64,000 nt of DNA. Source: Hemiscyllium ocellatum (taxonomy: Eukaryota). The translations under genes and the position numbers were made by a program. Positions 1-12,584 of this stretch are shown piece by piece. The stretch lies in NCBI RefSeq assembly GCF_020745735.1, contig NC_083435.1:31185231-31249230 (forward strand), given 5' to 3'. Every line of letters starts with the position of its first letter. The first letter of the stretch is position 1. Under the pieces are notes generated by a model. It was not told the origin of the DNA and made no database searches. It saw nothing but the letters and a program-made list of their open reading frames with translations.

Positions 1-880
1 TCACAGACAGCCACTTTGATATCTGCTGTCAAAGGGCAAGTACACAAAGGTGAGAGGTTAGGGAGCCTGAAGAGTAGAGCTCCAGGTGAGCACGTGCCAT
101 ACGTTAGTGGTTAGTTGAAAACTTACCCAAGGGTTAGACTAGGTATTTAGTTACCAACTTATCCTAAACAACTATTTACTAAATGGCAGCAGAACCATTT
201 CCACTCCCCCACCCCCCCCCACACCAAGTTCTCAGGTTTAAATGGATACTTTCAGTGGGTTCAAGGATCAGGGGAATTGACCAGTGGAATCTTCAAGTTC
301 CCGGGCAATTCCTTTTGGAGCATGTCAAGCCGGGACTTTGCAAGCGCAATTCCCACCCACACGGCATGATTGCCCGGCCGGCCGTCGGAAAACCCGGACC
401 AATGAGTTTGCCGAAGGACAGGGATGGGTTGAGAAGAGTGAGGGAGGGGGTGACTTGGTCGAAGTCTGTAAGATCCTGATCCTGAATGGTATTGACACGT
501 GAGAGACGGAGAGAACGCTCCCTTTGGTGGGCGAGCCGAAAGCAAAGGGCACTGTTTCATAATTAGCGGTGGCCCCTTTATGGGCGGGAAATGGAGAGGA
601 GCAAAGGAACGCTGTGCACACGCTCGGAACGCTCCATGTCAACGTTCGGAAGTGGGGGTCATTACCCGCAGATGTGAGTAGATTCTTGATGGGTGATGGA
701 GTCAAAGGTTACCGGGGGATTATCAAAGGTTATCCACCCACCCACCTTCCGGATCAGAACGCCAGAGGAATTCAAGTGTTTGGGGAGCACAGCACAAGTG
801 GTTGAGGTATGGGCTCACTGCTCCCCAGTTTCATCCACTGCCCTGGAGTGGAAAAAATGCAGCGGTGGGAAGGAATCAGT

Positions 881-1079
881 TTACAGCACCTGGATTAAGT
901 CGCCACCCTTGCCCCTATCCTTCTCCGCCCTGGTCCCGACGGACACCGCAGGCACCTGAAGGAAGTACAAACCATTGTCCTCTTTGGCTGAATCGCGATT
1001 GACGTCCGCCGCTTCGTCGAGGTCAGCCTCCTGGACGGCGCGACTGGGACCCGGCTGATGCATCTGCTTCTCGATAAAC
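881..1079 (-). CDS. Exon of uncharacterised minus-strand gene (FIEKQMHQPGPSRAVQEADLDEAADVNRDSAKEDN...)
   Basis: Acceptor tttcctag at 1080. Phase 2 joins the upstream exon to give ...VLLDV-FIEKQ. The 3' end is uncertain: either a donor GTTTGT at 972 or read-on to the stop at 881. Confidence 0.5.
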
Positions 1080-1494
1080 CTAGGAAAGTCAAGTCACTTT
1101 GGCTGAGTTTAAGGTGGCGTGGAGGAGAGAGGGTCGCTTCAAATATTCACTGCGAGACTGCAGTGAAATTACGTCGGGTCACCACCCCGCCCCAGTCCCT
1201 GAGCTGGTCTAGTTGATCATTCCCAGAGCGGACTCCCTCCTGTCGAACTGGTATCGGATCCCTCGGGAGACCACCCGCTCTTCCCCGGGTCTCATTCCAT
1301 GCCAACGATTCACCTTCGGCTGAATAATGTCGAGGGCAACCAATAGCCTGGCCCAACTCCTTACCCCTCCCCCCACCCTGCTCAACCCTGATGCCGCATA
1401 CAACCAGTGCCCAGAGGTGCCAGCCTGGAGCTCCACAGCCTCACTCCCTGATGGATCGCCAACACCCCCCACCAAAGTCCTGATGGGTGATGGG

Positions 1495-1790
1495 TGGCAC
1501 AAAGGTTAGCACTGCTGTCTCACCGCACCAAGGACCCAGGTTCAATTCCAGCAGCTGTCTGTGTGGTACATTGTTAACATGTCCGCGTGGGCTTCCTCCG
1601 GGTGCTCCAGTTTCCTCCCACAATCCAGAGATGTGCAGGTCAGGGTGGATTGGCCCTGGTAAATAGTCTAGGTGTTCAGGGATGTGCATTAGTCAGGAGG
1701 AAACGTAGAAACATGGGTCTGGGCAGGATACTCTTCGGAGGGTTGGTGTTACCTTGTTGGGCCGAAGGGCCTGTTTCCACACTTTGGGGC
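1495..1790 (+). mobile_element. HE1-like tRNA-derived SINE
   Basis: tggcac..ggttagcactgctg head, ggttcaattcc B-box-like motif, and a body shared with about 10 other copies in the window. Confidence 0.8.
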
Positions 1791-2144
1791 ACACAAACAG
1801 ACTGCCATTTTAAACAGTGCTCTGCTTGGCTGGGTGGGTGAGAACTGAGGCAGCCACGTTACTGTGCAGCCCCGCGACCAAGACTTTACATTTTTTTTTC
1901 AACATGTTCTTCCACACTGGCAAGACTGCTGCTTGTCACCCACTCCCAGTGACCTGTGAGGTGCTGGTGGCGACCAGGCCTTCCCGAACCGCTGTGGACC
2001 TTTGTGGGGCACCGTTAGGGAAGGAGTTCCCAGCCAGGACAGGGGATTTGCAGAATTGATCGGAGGGAGGGGGGCCAAACCCGTATAGGATGTGCTGAGC
2101 TCAGACCCTCAGAGTTAAGGAAGGGCGAGGGGAAAGGGACTTAC

Positions 2145-2408
2145 ACGTCCAGCAGCACCCTGGCCACCTCCTCATCGCTCGGCCAGCCGAGTTCAGCCTT
2201 CACCAGACCCCAGCGAGCCGCCTGGTTGCCGACGTAGACCCTCCTCCGCGGATGCCGGGCGCCCCGTCTCGGCCTCTCCGGGGTGGCCTCTTCCAAGGGG
2301 AGCGGGAGCCTCGCCAGCGGCACTCTCCCGCCCCCCCGCCAAGTCTGCTCGCTGTCCGGCGCCGTCCTCGGGAGTTCGGGCGAGCTGCTGCTGCTGGGCG
2401 GCGCAGAC
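2145..2408 (-). CDS. Exon of uncharacterised gene, with a ZNF653/ZNF692-N-terminal-like motif (RVYVGNQAARWGLVKAELGWPSDEEVARVLLD)
   Basis: Acceptor ctctcccag (2409) and donor GTAAGT (2144). 264 nt, phase 2-2, open frame, GC/CpG-rich. Confidence 0.65.
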
Positions 2409-2624
2409 CTGGGAGAGCGGAAGGAGAGTCACCCTCTGCAGAACGTGGCTTCGCCCTTCACCGCCAACCCCCCCCACCCCGGTGCCAGCCCACCCACGTC
2501 CCCTTCGGGATTCAGTCAAACTGATCCGCCATCGCATGGCATTGGGGAGAAATAATGACGTGCATTCAAGAAATAAGGTTTGCAGCCCGAGCTATCACGC
2601 GACATACGTCACGAGATTCATATA

Positions 2625-2785
2625 GAGAGGAACCTCGGTTATCCAACATTCGATTATCCAAATATTGGATTATCCGGCAAGATTGCTCAGCTAAACTATG
2701 TTATCTGATATTCGATTACCCAGAATTTGAATAACCGAACGAAATACTTCACGCCTGTGTCCTTCGGATAATTGAGGTTCCCCTG
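2625..2785. mobile_element. Tigger/pogo-like MITE (Tc1/mariner superfamily)
   Basis: Imperfect TIRs gagaggaacctcggttatcc ... ggataattgaggttcccctg, flanked by TA on both sides, with internal GATTATCC subrepeats. Confidence 0.7.
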
Positions 2786-3464
2786 TATAGACAAGTCATC
2801 CAGCTACAACCGAGTTCCAGTCAAGGAGTGGGAAAAGTAAACAAACAAATCCCGCAGGCTAAAGGGAATTGGTGGGTGGCACATTAAAGGAAGGGTAACG
2901 TCAAATTAAACTGCAAACTGAGGCAAAATTCCGACAAATCTGGCACTTATGTCTAAATGCGCACGTACACTGCAAATCTCTGGGGTTAGAATATGGCGAG
3001 AGACCAGTTACAGCGTTTATCACTGCGCTCTTTTACCAGGAGACATTAAAACGCACAATTAATGACGTCAGGTAGGCTGCAGTCAAATAAATATGGTAAA
3101 CCTTCACTCACAGGGATTCTCTCTCAACTGGAATTTCTGGCAGAGTGGAATTTGTTGCTTTAAGATGCTGGGCACTTCCAGCGTTCAATTAACACGCTTG
3201 TTTAAAAAAAGAAGCTAACATTGATAAGAGTTGATTTTAAATTTGCAGACGTTGTTATTGGGCTTCACACTGATTCACACCAGGCCAGAACACTGATATC
3301 GTGTTCCATTCAGCACAACTGAGATTTTCTTTCTTTGAAGGAGTCAGACTGAAGGCCGTGGGGTCAGCCTGGTCTTCTGTTGCGGAAGGCTGCATATAAA
3401 TTTGCAGCAGCAGTAGGGTATTCAGCCCCTCACATCTGCTCCACTTTACTACTCCCTTTCCAGT

Positions 3465-3800
3465 GGTTTGCACTGCTGCCTCAGAGCACCTTGGACCCAG
3501 GTTCAAGTCCAGCCTCAGGCGACTGTCTGTGTGGAGTTTGCACATTCTCCCCCTGTCGGTGTGGGTTTTCTCCGGGTGCTCTGGTTTCCTCCAACAGTCC
3601 AACGGTGTGCAGGTTAGGTGGACTGGCTGTGCCAAATTGCCTATTGTGTTCAGGGATGTGCAGGCTCGGTGTGTTAGCCATGGAGGGTTACAGGGGTAGG
3701 ATGGGGTGGAGTGTGAACGGGTGGGATGCTCTTCGGAGATTTTACGTAGACTTGATAATCCGAATGGCCTAATTCCACACTATAGGGGCTCTGTGATTCT
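3465..3800 (+). mobile_element. HE1-like SINE
   Basis: gcactgctgcctca...gactgtctgtgtggagtttgcacattctcccc...tccacactataggg. Confidence 0.8.
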
Positions 3801-3901
3801 ACACCTTGTGAGCTCCTTATTAGTCAAGTCAATGATGGTACAATACAGAGATCGATACCTTCCCTCGAATGGGAATGCAGCGCCACGCCAAGTCACAGTA
3901 C

Positions 3902-4049
3902 CTGTCTGAACGGGGCCTTTTCCCTCCAGGTTTTGATTCACTGGGAGTGTCCTTCTTCCAGCTCGCAGATGGTAAAGGTAGTCTCCTCTCGGTGCCGATG
4001 CCAGCTGATGGCCAGAAGGGAATGACACCGCGGACAGCAGCCTCCTGCT
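3902..4049 (-). CDS. Exon of uncharacterised gene (EQEAAVRGVIPFWPSAG...GGKRPRSDR)
   Basis: Acceptor cttttctag (4050) and donor GTACTG (3901). 148 nt, phase 1-2, compatible with both neighbouring exons. Confidence 0.55.
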
Positions 4050-4149
4050 CTAGAAAAGCGAGACACAAACGGCGCGCCAATTATTATCAGCCACCCGACA
4101 CGTCACCATGCTCTCCTTCTTGTACTGAGACAGACTGACCGGGGTTTAC

Positions 4150-4198
4150 CTTTCCTGAGGGCACTTTGAGTCACCACACCTTCTTCACGGATGCAGAC
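4150..4198 (-). CDS. Exon of uncharacterised gene (VCIREEGVVTQSALRK)
   Basis: Acceptor ctacag (4199) and donor AAG|GTAAAC (4149). 49 nt, phase 0-1, followed by a 100-nt intron. Confidence 0.5.
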
Positions 4199-4627
4199 CT
4201 GTAGCACAGCCTCGCTGGGCGGGGAGGGAGTCACGTGGGCCTTTGCAAACCTGGTGCAGGAGAGACATCATTCAGCACGCGTACGTAATGGGAGAGACAG
4301 GGGGGAGGGGAGCAGGGGTGGGAGGTGAGGTACAGGGGGGATCGCCATTCTCGAAAAAAAGTAAGGGTGGGGAGGAACAGCACTGGGCAATGCCTGTCTC
4401 CCGATGTGTGCTTTTACAGGGACAGCGGGGAATTGTCCAAAGATGTGCAGGTTAGGTGGATTAGTCATGGGAAATGCAGGGTTACAGGGATAGGATATGA
4501 GGGGCTTGGATTTGGGTGGGATGCTCTTAGGTGTACTGCTGTGGATTTGATGGGCCAGATGGCCTGTTTCCACACTGTAGGGATTCTATGAATGACTCCA
4601 ACTCTCTTAAACTCTGCCCACAGAGGG

Positions 4628-4727
4628 NNNNNNNNNNNNNNNNNNNNNNNNNNNNNNNNNNNNNNNNNNNNNNNNNNNNNNNNNNNNNNNNNNNNNNNNN
4701 NNNNNNNNNNNNNNNNNNNNNNNNNNN
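4628..4727. other. Assembly gap (100 N, probably unsized)
   Basis: Run of exactly 100 N. Confidence 0.95.
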
Positions 4728-5725
4728 GCCGACCAGATAGCCTAATCCAATCTAGTCCCACCTGCCAGCACTTGGCCCATATCCCTCCAAATCCTTCCTA
4801 TTCGTATACCCAAGGAGAAAGTGAGGTCTGCAGATGCTGGAGTATCAGAGCTGAAAATGTGTTGCTGGTCAGGCAGCATTCAAGCATCAGGATGAAGGGC
4901 TTATGCCCGAAACGTCGAATTTCCTGTTCCTTGGATGCTGCCTGACCTGCTACGCTTTTCCAGCAACACATTTTCAGCTATTCATATACCCATCCAAATG
5001 CCTCTTAAATGATGCAGTTGAACTAGCCTGTTCAACCTCTCCCTATAGCTCAAATCTACCAACCCTGGCAATATCCTTGTAAATCTTTCCTGAACCCTTT
5101 CAAGTTTCACAACATCTTTCCGATAGGAAAGAGACCAAAATTGCACACAATATTCTAACAATGGTCTAACTAATGTCCTGTACAGCCGCAACATGACCTC
5201 CCAACTCCTGTACTCAATACCTGGATAAAGGAAAGCATACCCAAACACCACCTTCACTATCCTGTCCACCTGCGACTCCACTTTCAAGGAGCTATGAACC
5301 TGCACTCCAAGGTCTCTTTGTTCAGCAACACTCCCTAGGACCTGACCATTAAGTGTATAAGTCCTGCTCTGATTTGCTTCACCAAAATGCAGCACCTTGC
5401 ATTTACCTGAATTAAACTCCATCTCCCACTTCTCAGCCCATCGTCCCATTTGATCAAGATCTTGTTGTAATCTGAGGTAACCTTCTTTCTGTCCACTAAA
5501 CCTCCAATTCTGGTGTCATCTGCAAACTTGCTAACTATACCTCCCATGCTCACGTCCAAATCATTTATATAAAATGATGAAAAGTAGTGGACCCAACACT
5601 GATCCTTGTGGCACTCCACTGGTCGCAGGCCTCCAGTCTGAAAAACAACCCTCCTCCACCACCCTCTGTCTTCTACCTTGGAGCCAGTCCTGTATCCAAA
5701 TGGCTAGTTTTCCCGGTATTCCATA
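4728..5725 (-). mobile_element. CR1 LINE 3' fragment (RT remnant)
   Basis: Broken frames give SGVPQGSVLGPLLF, SKFADDT, YRTLVRPLLEYCVQFWS and LERVQERFTR, which are typical of CR1 ORF2. Confidence 0.9.
4813..4979. mobile_element. Penelope-type fold-back element inserted in the CR1
   Basis: Inverted arms agctgaaaatgtgttgctgg / ccagcaacacattttcagct, a hammerhead-like core, and flanking near-identical tattc(g/a)tataccca (putative TSD). Confidence 0.65.
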
Positions 5726-6914
5726 AACTGGTTTACTCCCATTCCAGCGTTTCTGGCCTTGGCCTGCTGCTGTGAAATGCAACGTGAGCTGAGGAAGCGC
5801 ACCTTGTTTTCCACTGAGGCACTTACTAGTCCCAGAGGTTATGACAGTGATTTCATCGGTTTCAGGGCAGAAACCATGTCCTTCATCCTGATTCCCCACT
5901 GCACACTGCATGTTGTTTGTGTTTTGTTGGCTTTGCTCCCAGCACAGCTGACTTGAATTCGTTATTTCAAGTCTGTCATTTACACCTATTTTCCATCTCT
6001 GTCACTCCTTTAATGCCAGTCCGACACTTACTTATCTTTGGCTCTGGGCACTCACACCATCTGTTCCCCTTGCTCCTCCTCCCCACTTTGTAAGTAACAT
6101 CAAAAAAACATTATTTTCCAGTCTCTTTCAGTTCCAAAGAAGAGTCCTATTGGACTTGAAATCTTAGCTCTGTCCACAAGTGCTGTCATGCCCACTGAGT
6201 TCCTCCAGCATTTTCTGTTTGTATGTATAACTTCTACCCCACTTGTGCCTCTTGATACAAACACCAGCATTTCATCAGTCTGTCTTATTATTTCTGTACC
6301 TGTTCATGACATTTTTATGACCTGTGTACGGACTCCCTAAGTGTCTCTCGTGCTGCACCATGTTTTCTCTTTTACAACATTTCAAAGGGTCAGTTGTGTT
6401 GCATTTAAATCCAGTCAAAGTTTGTAACTTAGTTGGCTTTTGTACTTGCCTCCTGTGCTGATGTCAAATAAATTTCCAAATCCCTAGCATGTTTGTCACC
6501 AAGTTTGGTGAGCTTCAGTGCAAAATATTATGTAGCTGCTGGTCAATATACCAGCTCATGTATCCGGGAGGCAATGGGACAACACCAGGAATCATCAAGA
6601 TTGGACCAGCTTTGGAATGAGCCAATCAGTAGTGGCCCTGATGTTTTATTTCCCACTGGTGAAATCAAGGCAGCTGTTTTGGGCAGAATTATTCTTTGCT
6701 GTTACATCATCAAGATTGTCTGGGTGGAAATCAGCATTGAGTCAGATTGTAAACATATGTTGGTAACTGACAGAGAGGGAAGTTAAGCTTTTTTCAAAGT
6801 GGGAGGTACTTATTTGTTATTAGCTCTTTTTGTGGTCAAAAGTTGCAGACCACAGCAGACATGCTGTGACCTTGCAAAGCCCCGTGATGTCACAGCATCC
6901 TGTCGCCACACGGC

Positions 6915-7415
6915 GCCATGTCTGTGACCAACAATGCCCTGTCACCTCACAGTGGGGTGTCTGTGACCTTACAGTGCTCCATCGCCTTACACTGGGATGT
7001 CTGTGACCTTACAGTGCCCTGCACCTCTCAGTGGGGTGTCTGTGACCTTACAGTGCTCCATCGTCTTACGATGGGGTGTCTGTGATCTCTCAACGCCCCG
7101 CACCTCACAGTGGGGTGTCTGTGACCTCATAGGGAGGATTGTGACCTCGCGGCGGGAGGGGTTTTGTCACCTCACAGCAGGGTGTCTGTGACCTCATAGC
7201 AGGGAGGACCGTGACCTTGCGGCAGGAGGGGTGTCTGTGACCTCACAGTGGGGTGTCTGTGACCTCGCGGCAGGAGAGGGTGGCTCTGTGACCTCACAGC
7301 AGGGAGGGGGGTTTGTGACCTCACAGTGCCTCATCTCCTTGCAGCGGGTGGTCTGTGACCTCACAGTTGAGGGGGGTGTCTGTGACCTCACAAATGGGGG
7401 TGGGTCTGTGACCTG
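6915..7415. repeat. Degenerate minisatellite (gtctgtgacctcacagtgggg)
   Basis: More than 15 recurrences of (c)tgtgacct(c/t) at about 20-40 bp spacing. Confidence 0.85.
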
Positions 7416-7984
7416 ACGATGCTGGAATACTGATCCAGTGAAGTATGAGTTTGTGTTCCCAGGACCAGACATGGATCTCTCCCACCGGATCACCCTGTAC
7501 GATGTTTGAGATCAGTCCAGACTGCTTGGTGAGACTGTTCTCTGTTCTGCTGGGATGACAACGGTACATCGACTTAAAACTTTGATGCAGCATTCCTGTA
7601 ATAGTGACCCCTTCAACAGTGCAGCGCTCCCCTCAGCGCTGACCCTTGGATGGTCCAGCGCTCCCCTGGAGCTGACCCCCAGACAGTGCGGCACTGACCC
7701 CTGGTCGGTGTGGTGCTGCCCCAGCACTGACCCCCAGATGGTATGGCGTTGCTGTGGCGCTGACCCCCCGGATGGTGCGGCGCTCCCTTTCTGCTGCCCT
7801 GAAACGCTATTTTTGAATTAAGTGTTTGGAGTGAGATTTCAGACCACAACCTTCTGAACGCAGTGGCAGGAGTGGTTGCCCAGTGAGGCACCTTGTGGCA
7901 GCAGTTTGCTAAAGCCGTTGGGGAGCTGTGGGATGTGGTGATAATGGTCTTGTGACTGGAAGTGACCGTGTCTGTGTCCGGCAG

Positions 7985-8153
7985 GCTATTGGAGCGACCG
8001 TATTGATCAGTGCCGCCCCTTTCCTCATCCTGTTCTTCATCCCCGTCGAGTCGAACACCTCCAAGCACAAGAGCCTCCTCAAGGTGCTGCTGAGCTTCGC
8101 ATCAGGCGGACTCCTCGGAGATGCCTTCCTCCATCTCATCCCCCATGCGCTCG
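7985..8153 (+). CDS. SLC39A7: Zinc transporter ZIP7, coding exon (human exon 2 equivalent)
   Basis: [24 protein letters not shown]...[22 protein letters not shown]. cag acceptor and gtgagt donor; 169 nt, phase 0-1. Confidence 0.97.
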
Positions 8154-8189
8154 GTGAGTAACGGTGTGGGTTAGTGGTGTGCTTTGAGG

Positions 8190-8455
8190 GTGGCACAGTG
8201 GCTCAGTGGTTAGTGCTGCTGCCTCACAGCGCCAGGTTCGATTCCCACCCTCAGGCGACTGCAAGTGTGGAGTTTGCACATTCTCCCTGTGTCAGAGAGA
8301 GGCTCCGGTTTCCTCCCACAGTGTTCAGCGACGTGTAGGTTATGTGCATGGTCAGGGGTAAATGTAGGTTGGGGGGGGGGGAATGGGTCTGGGTTGGTGT
8401 GGACTTGTTGGGCTGAAGGGCCTGCTTCCGCACTGTAGGGACTGTGGACTCTCTG
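8190..8455 (+). mobile_element. HE1-like SINE
   Basis: ggtggcacagtggctcagtggttagtgctgctgcctcacagcgcc head. Confidence 0.85.
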
Positions 8456-9309
8456 ATGGTTAGTGGGCACTGGGAGGCAGCGAAAGGTGGGGACTGGACT
8501 GAGCGCAGGCCAGAGAAGGGGATGGGGCGGGGGAGGTGGGAGGCCATTACACAGGGAGGGGAGAAAACTGCAATGGGATGGAAAGGAGCGTGGGGTGGAG
8601 GGGGGGTTGGTGGTAGCGATGGCATGCTTTGGGGTCAGGCAGGTAATGTGGCTAAAGCACACTGAAATGCAAGTTGTGGGACAGGGGACAGTGGTTTGCA
8701 GGCTGGATTGGGCACTGTGACAGGTTGGGGCAGCGAGGACCCGAGTGGGAGGTGGGGGTGGGGCTGAAACAAAGTGGTGACGACGGGCGGGTTGGGGAGA
8801 TGAGGGGAGAGGGGTCACGGTGAGGCAGAATGACCTCTTGGGGAGAGGGGAGGAGGCGAGATATTGGGCTAACGCTATTTGGTCACATTCGAGGGCACAG
8901 CGCCCTTTGAGTCAGTGTGGGCTGTTTCTGAACTCCGGGACGTGGAAAGGTGATGTCGAGAGCTGTGAGGGCAGGGGACAGTCATCAGACCCAGACTCTG
9001 TCTGATTTGAGAGCGCTGTCTTTGAGGCCGGGTGGGTGGGTGGGTGCGGGGAGGAGGAAGACTGGTGAAATGTTCCTGTATGGCCTCCCACACGTCCCTC
9101 AGCAGCTGCGGTATCCCTTGGCCGGACTGCTCCATCCTCTCGTTTCTCTTTGTGACAATGTTTAGTGAGTGAGAGTCCAAGGCCAAGAGTGCTTGTTTTG
9201 TAATAAAATTGTAGTTGTTGTGTCTCCATGGCTGGTGGAGTTTAAATCTGTTCAGCAAAATTGTTAGCTCCTCTCCAAAGTGGTGAATGTACACAGGTCA
9301 TTGAGTGTT

Positions 9310-9650
9310 CATAGAATCCCTTCAGAGTGGAAGCAGGCCATTCGGCCCATCAAGTCAACACCAACCCTCGTAAGAGCATCCCACCCACAACCTATCCCTG
9401 TAAACCCTGCGTTTCCCATGGCCAACCCACCCTAACCTGCACATCGCTGGACTCGACGGGACAATTTCCCATGGCCAATCCACCCTAACCTGCACACCTT
9501 TGGACTGTGGGAGGAAACTGGAGCACCCAGAGGGAATTCTCTCAGACAAGGGAGAATATGCAATCTCCACACAGACAGTCACCTGAGGGTGGAAATCAAC
9601 CCAGGTCTCTGGTGCTGGGAGGTAGCTAATCACTGAGCCACCAAGCCACC
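9310..9650 (-). mobile_element. HE1-like SINE
   Basis: Reverse complement of the SINE body and head. Confidence 0.8.
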
Positions 9651-9981
9651 CTGTGGATGTTCTTTTTAAAAAAAAAACTGCAGTCCTTATCTGCAAAGTT
9701 CTCTACGTGACCCTCAACTGGCCAGGAAAACTGCATGCAAATACTGCTGGCATTGTGGGCAGTGGATTGTAGGAAAGTGGAGGGCAAGGGAAGTGGCGTG
9801 TTGGGGCGAGTGCAGGGGTCAATGTCAATGGGAGTGAAAGGTGAGTAGATGTCCAGCTGCTTGAAGGGAGGCCGGCTGAGTGGACCTCGAGTCTCGGGTG
9901 CATGGAGGAATGGTACCACAAGGTGCTGCAAGGTGGGGGTCAGAAGTTTGTTTTGAAAAGTCAACGCTTCTTTTCACATAG

Positions 9982-10065
9982 ATCCACATTCTCACAATGA
10001 GGCTTCTGATCCATCTCACAGACCCTTAGAGAATCTGAATCTCGACCATGGGCACTCACATCGAG
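9982..10065 (+). CDS. SLC39A7: ZIP7 exon 3 (DPHSHNEASDPSHRPLENLNLDHGHSHR)
   Basis: ttttcacatag acceptor and GAG|gtaag donor; 84 nt, phase 1-1. Corresponds to human EPHSH...GHGHSH. Confidence 0.9.
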
Positions 10066-10099
10066 GTAAGACAGCAATAGCACTACAGTGCACTTGTGA

Positions 10100-10930
10100 A
10101 GGTGCGGTACTCACTCTGTACGGACCCTGTGACGGTGCGGCACTCCCTCAGTACTAACCCCCTGACGGTGCGGCACTCCCTCAGTACGGACCCCCTGACG
10201 GTGCGGCACTCCCTCAGTACGGACCCCCTGACGGTGCGGCACTCCCTCAGTACTGACCCCCTGACGGTGCAGCACTCCCTCAGTACTGACCCCCTGACGG
10301 TGCGGCACTCCCTCAGTACTGACCCCCTGACAGTGCGGCACTCCCTCAGTACTGACCCCCTGACGGTGCGGCACTCCCTCAGTACTGATCCTCTGACGGT
10401 GCGGCACTCCCTCAGTACTGACCCCCTGACGGTGCGGCACTCCCTCAGTACTGACCCCCTGACAGTGCGGCACTCCCTCAGTACTGATCCTCTGACGGTG
10501 CGGCACTCCCTCAGTACTGATCCTCTGACGGTGCGGCACTCCCTCAGTACTGATCCTCTGACAGTGCGGCACTCCCTCAGTACTTGACCCTATGACAGTG
10601 CGGCACTCCCTCAGTACTTGACCCTCTGACAGTGCGGCACTTCCTCAGTACTGACCCTCTGACGGTACGGCGCTCCCATAACACAAGCATACGGTGCGGC
10701 GCTCCCTCGACGCTGACCCTGTGACAGTGTGACACTCCCTCAGTACTGACCCTCGGACAGCGCCACACTCCCTCGACGTTGACCCTCGGACGGCGCGGCG
10801 CTCCCTCGGCGCTGACTCTCTGACGGTGCGACACTTTCTCAGCACTGACGCTCCCTCAACACTGACGCTCGGACAGTGCCCTTTTGATACTCTGACGGCG
10901 CGGCACTCCCCCGTCACTGACCCTCGGCAC
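10100..10930. repeat. 33-bp minisatellite (ACGGTGCGGCACTCCCTCAGTACTGACCCCCTG)
   Basis: About 15 near-perfect units, then decaying copies. A related degenerate patch lies at about 7615-7790. Confidence 0.95.
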
Positions 10931-12584
10931 TGAGTTGGAAGTGTAGCCATTGGAGCTGAAGTTGGCCGTTCAGTCGGTTGTACCTGCTTCACCATTTACT
11001 CTGATCATGGCTGAACTTTGGCTCAATGTCACATTCCCGCAATAAACCCATTCCACTTGAAACCATCAATAATCCAAAACCTGGTGAATTTCTCAGCCTC
11101 CTATTTCTTCAGTGGCCTACCCACATCTTCTGAGTCTGTGACCCATGGTTGTAGGCACCTCAGTCATGTAAGGCATCCTCCCGGTGTCTATTCTGTCTAG
11201 CCCTGTTACAATTTGGGAACGTTTCGTTCTGGTCAACCTTCTATCTTTGTAAACTTTCGTGAATACAGGCTCGATCTCTCCTCATCGGAGCACTGTCATC
11301 TCCTGGTAGCCTCGTGAACTTCAGTCTTGGCCTGAGTTATGGGTTTTCTTTGTTTTTTGATTTATTTGCCAAATCTTTGTTGTTCCTTTTTCAATGTAAA
11401 AGAAGGGGGGGGGGGGGGGGGCAGAACCTGTCCAAAACCTGTCACAAGACAGTTGACCTCCCTTGACAACTGCACTTGGTACCAATAGGACAGTGTCAGA
11501 CGCCAGCCTTCAGCAACGTCATGTGCTCGTGTGTCCCCAGTGAATGACTAGAAAGTTCCAGTTTTCCTTCAAGTCATCGAAAAGCAAGAAATAATCCAAT
11601 CTCACGTTTATGTTTCTAAGTAAGTGTAGTCGTTATAACCAATCCATCTGTGGTCAGTTGATTGGGGAAGATAGGTATGGTTTTCCCTCTTGGCGATTCC
11701 TGCCGCACCCAGTCCAGCAGCAAAGTTCTTTAGGACCCGACCAGTTCAGTCAGTGATGCTGCCAATGTCGTCGACGCTCCCCCCACACCCTCCCCTTCCC
11801 ACCCCCTTGTTCCCCTTGCTCCCCTCCCATCCGACCCATTTGATGATGATGGACATTGCGTGACCAGTCAGTGAGAGAATTCTCCCACCTTTTTCCCACC
11901 AGGTGATAATATGGACTTTGTAGGGTGGACTGGGCTGAGACTGGTGTTTCCAAGTGCCCTGTTTGGTGCCAAGCAGTTTGTCCGGTATAATTACGGATTT
12001 GAGATTTCCTTCCCAAAAGGTCATCCGCGGAGAGCTAAATCCCTTCCCTATTGATGGAAATTGAGGGAAATGTGTACTGACAATAAGGTGCACTGCACTG
12101 ATGATGATTGACCGTGGTTTCACGGTCATCATTAGACTTGTAATTCCACATATTTTATTGAGTTGAAATTCCACTGTCTGCCGGCTGGGATTCGAACTCG
12201 GGTCCCCACAGCATTGCGTGGATATCTGGTGGCATATCCACGAGGCCTACGTTCCCCGCGCGAGCACACACAAAAACACGCACACATTCCCACACGTGCA
12301 CACGTTTTCCCCCCCCCCCCCCCCCCCCGTCCCCCCCCCCCCCGTGCACGCCCGTCCCGTCCCCGCGCGCGTCCGTCCTGTCCCGTCCCTCCGCGCACGT
12401 TCGTCGCCCCCCACGCATCCTCCCCACTGTTTGTCCAGCATCCCCCACCCACACTCTCACATACTCATTCCCCTCACCCACCCCTCTACCTACACACACA
12501 TTCCCCACCCACCCCTCTACCTACACACACATTCCCCCCACACACACACATTCACCCCCCCACACACACACATTCACCCCCCCA

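Noticed and set aside
1147-1356. Additional exon of the minus-strand gene
   Set aside because: Poor polypyrimidine tract, and the flanking exons join in frame without it.
4251-4271. Possible start exon MMSLLHQ for the minus-strand gene
   Set aside because: It would need a 52-nt intron, which is implausibly short for a vertebrate. Left unresolved.
8190-8260. tRNA genes at SINE heads
   Set aside because: A/B-box-like heads run into SINE bodies and form no complete cloverleaf.
10096-10587. 163-aa and 153-aa repetitive ORFs; CRISPR-like periodicity
   Set aside because: Products of a 33-bp (multiple of 3) intronic tandem repeat. There are no unique spacers and the context is eukaryotic.
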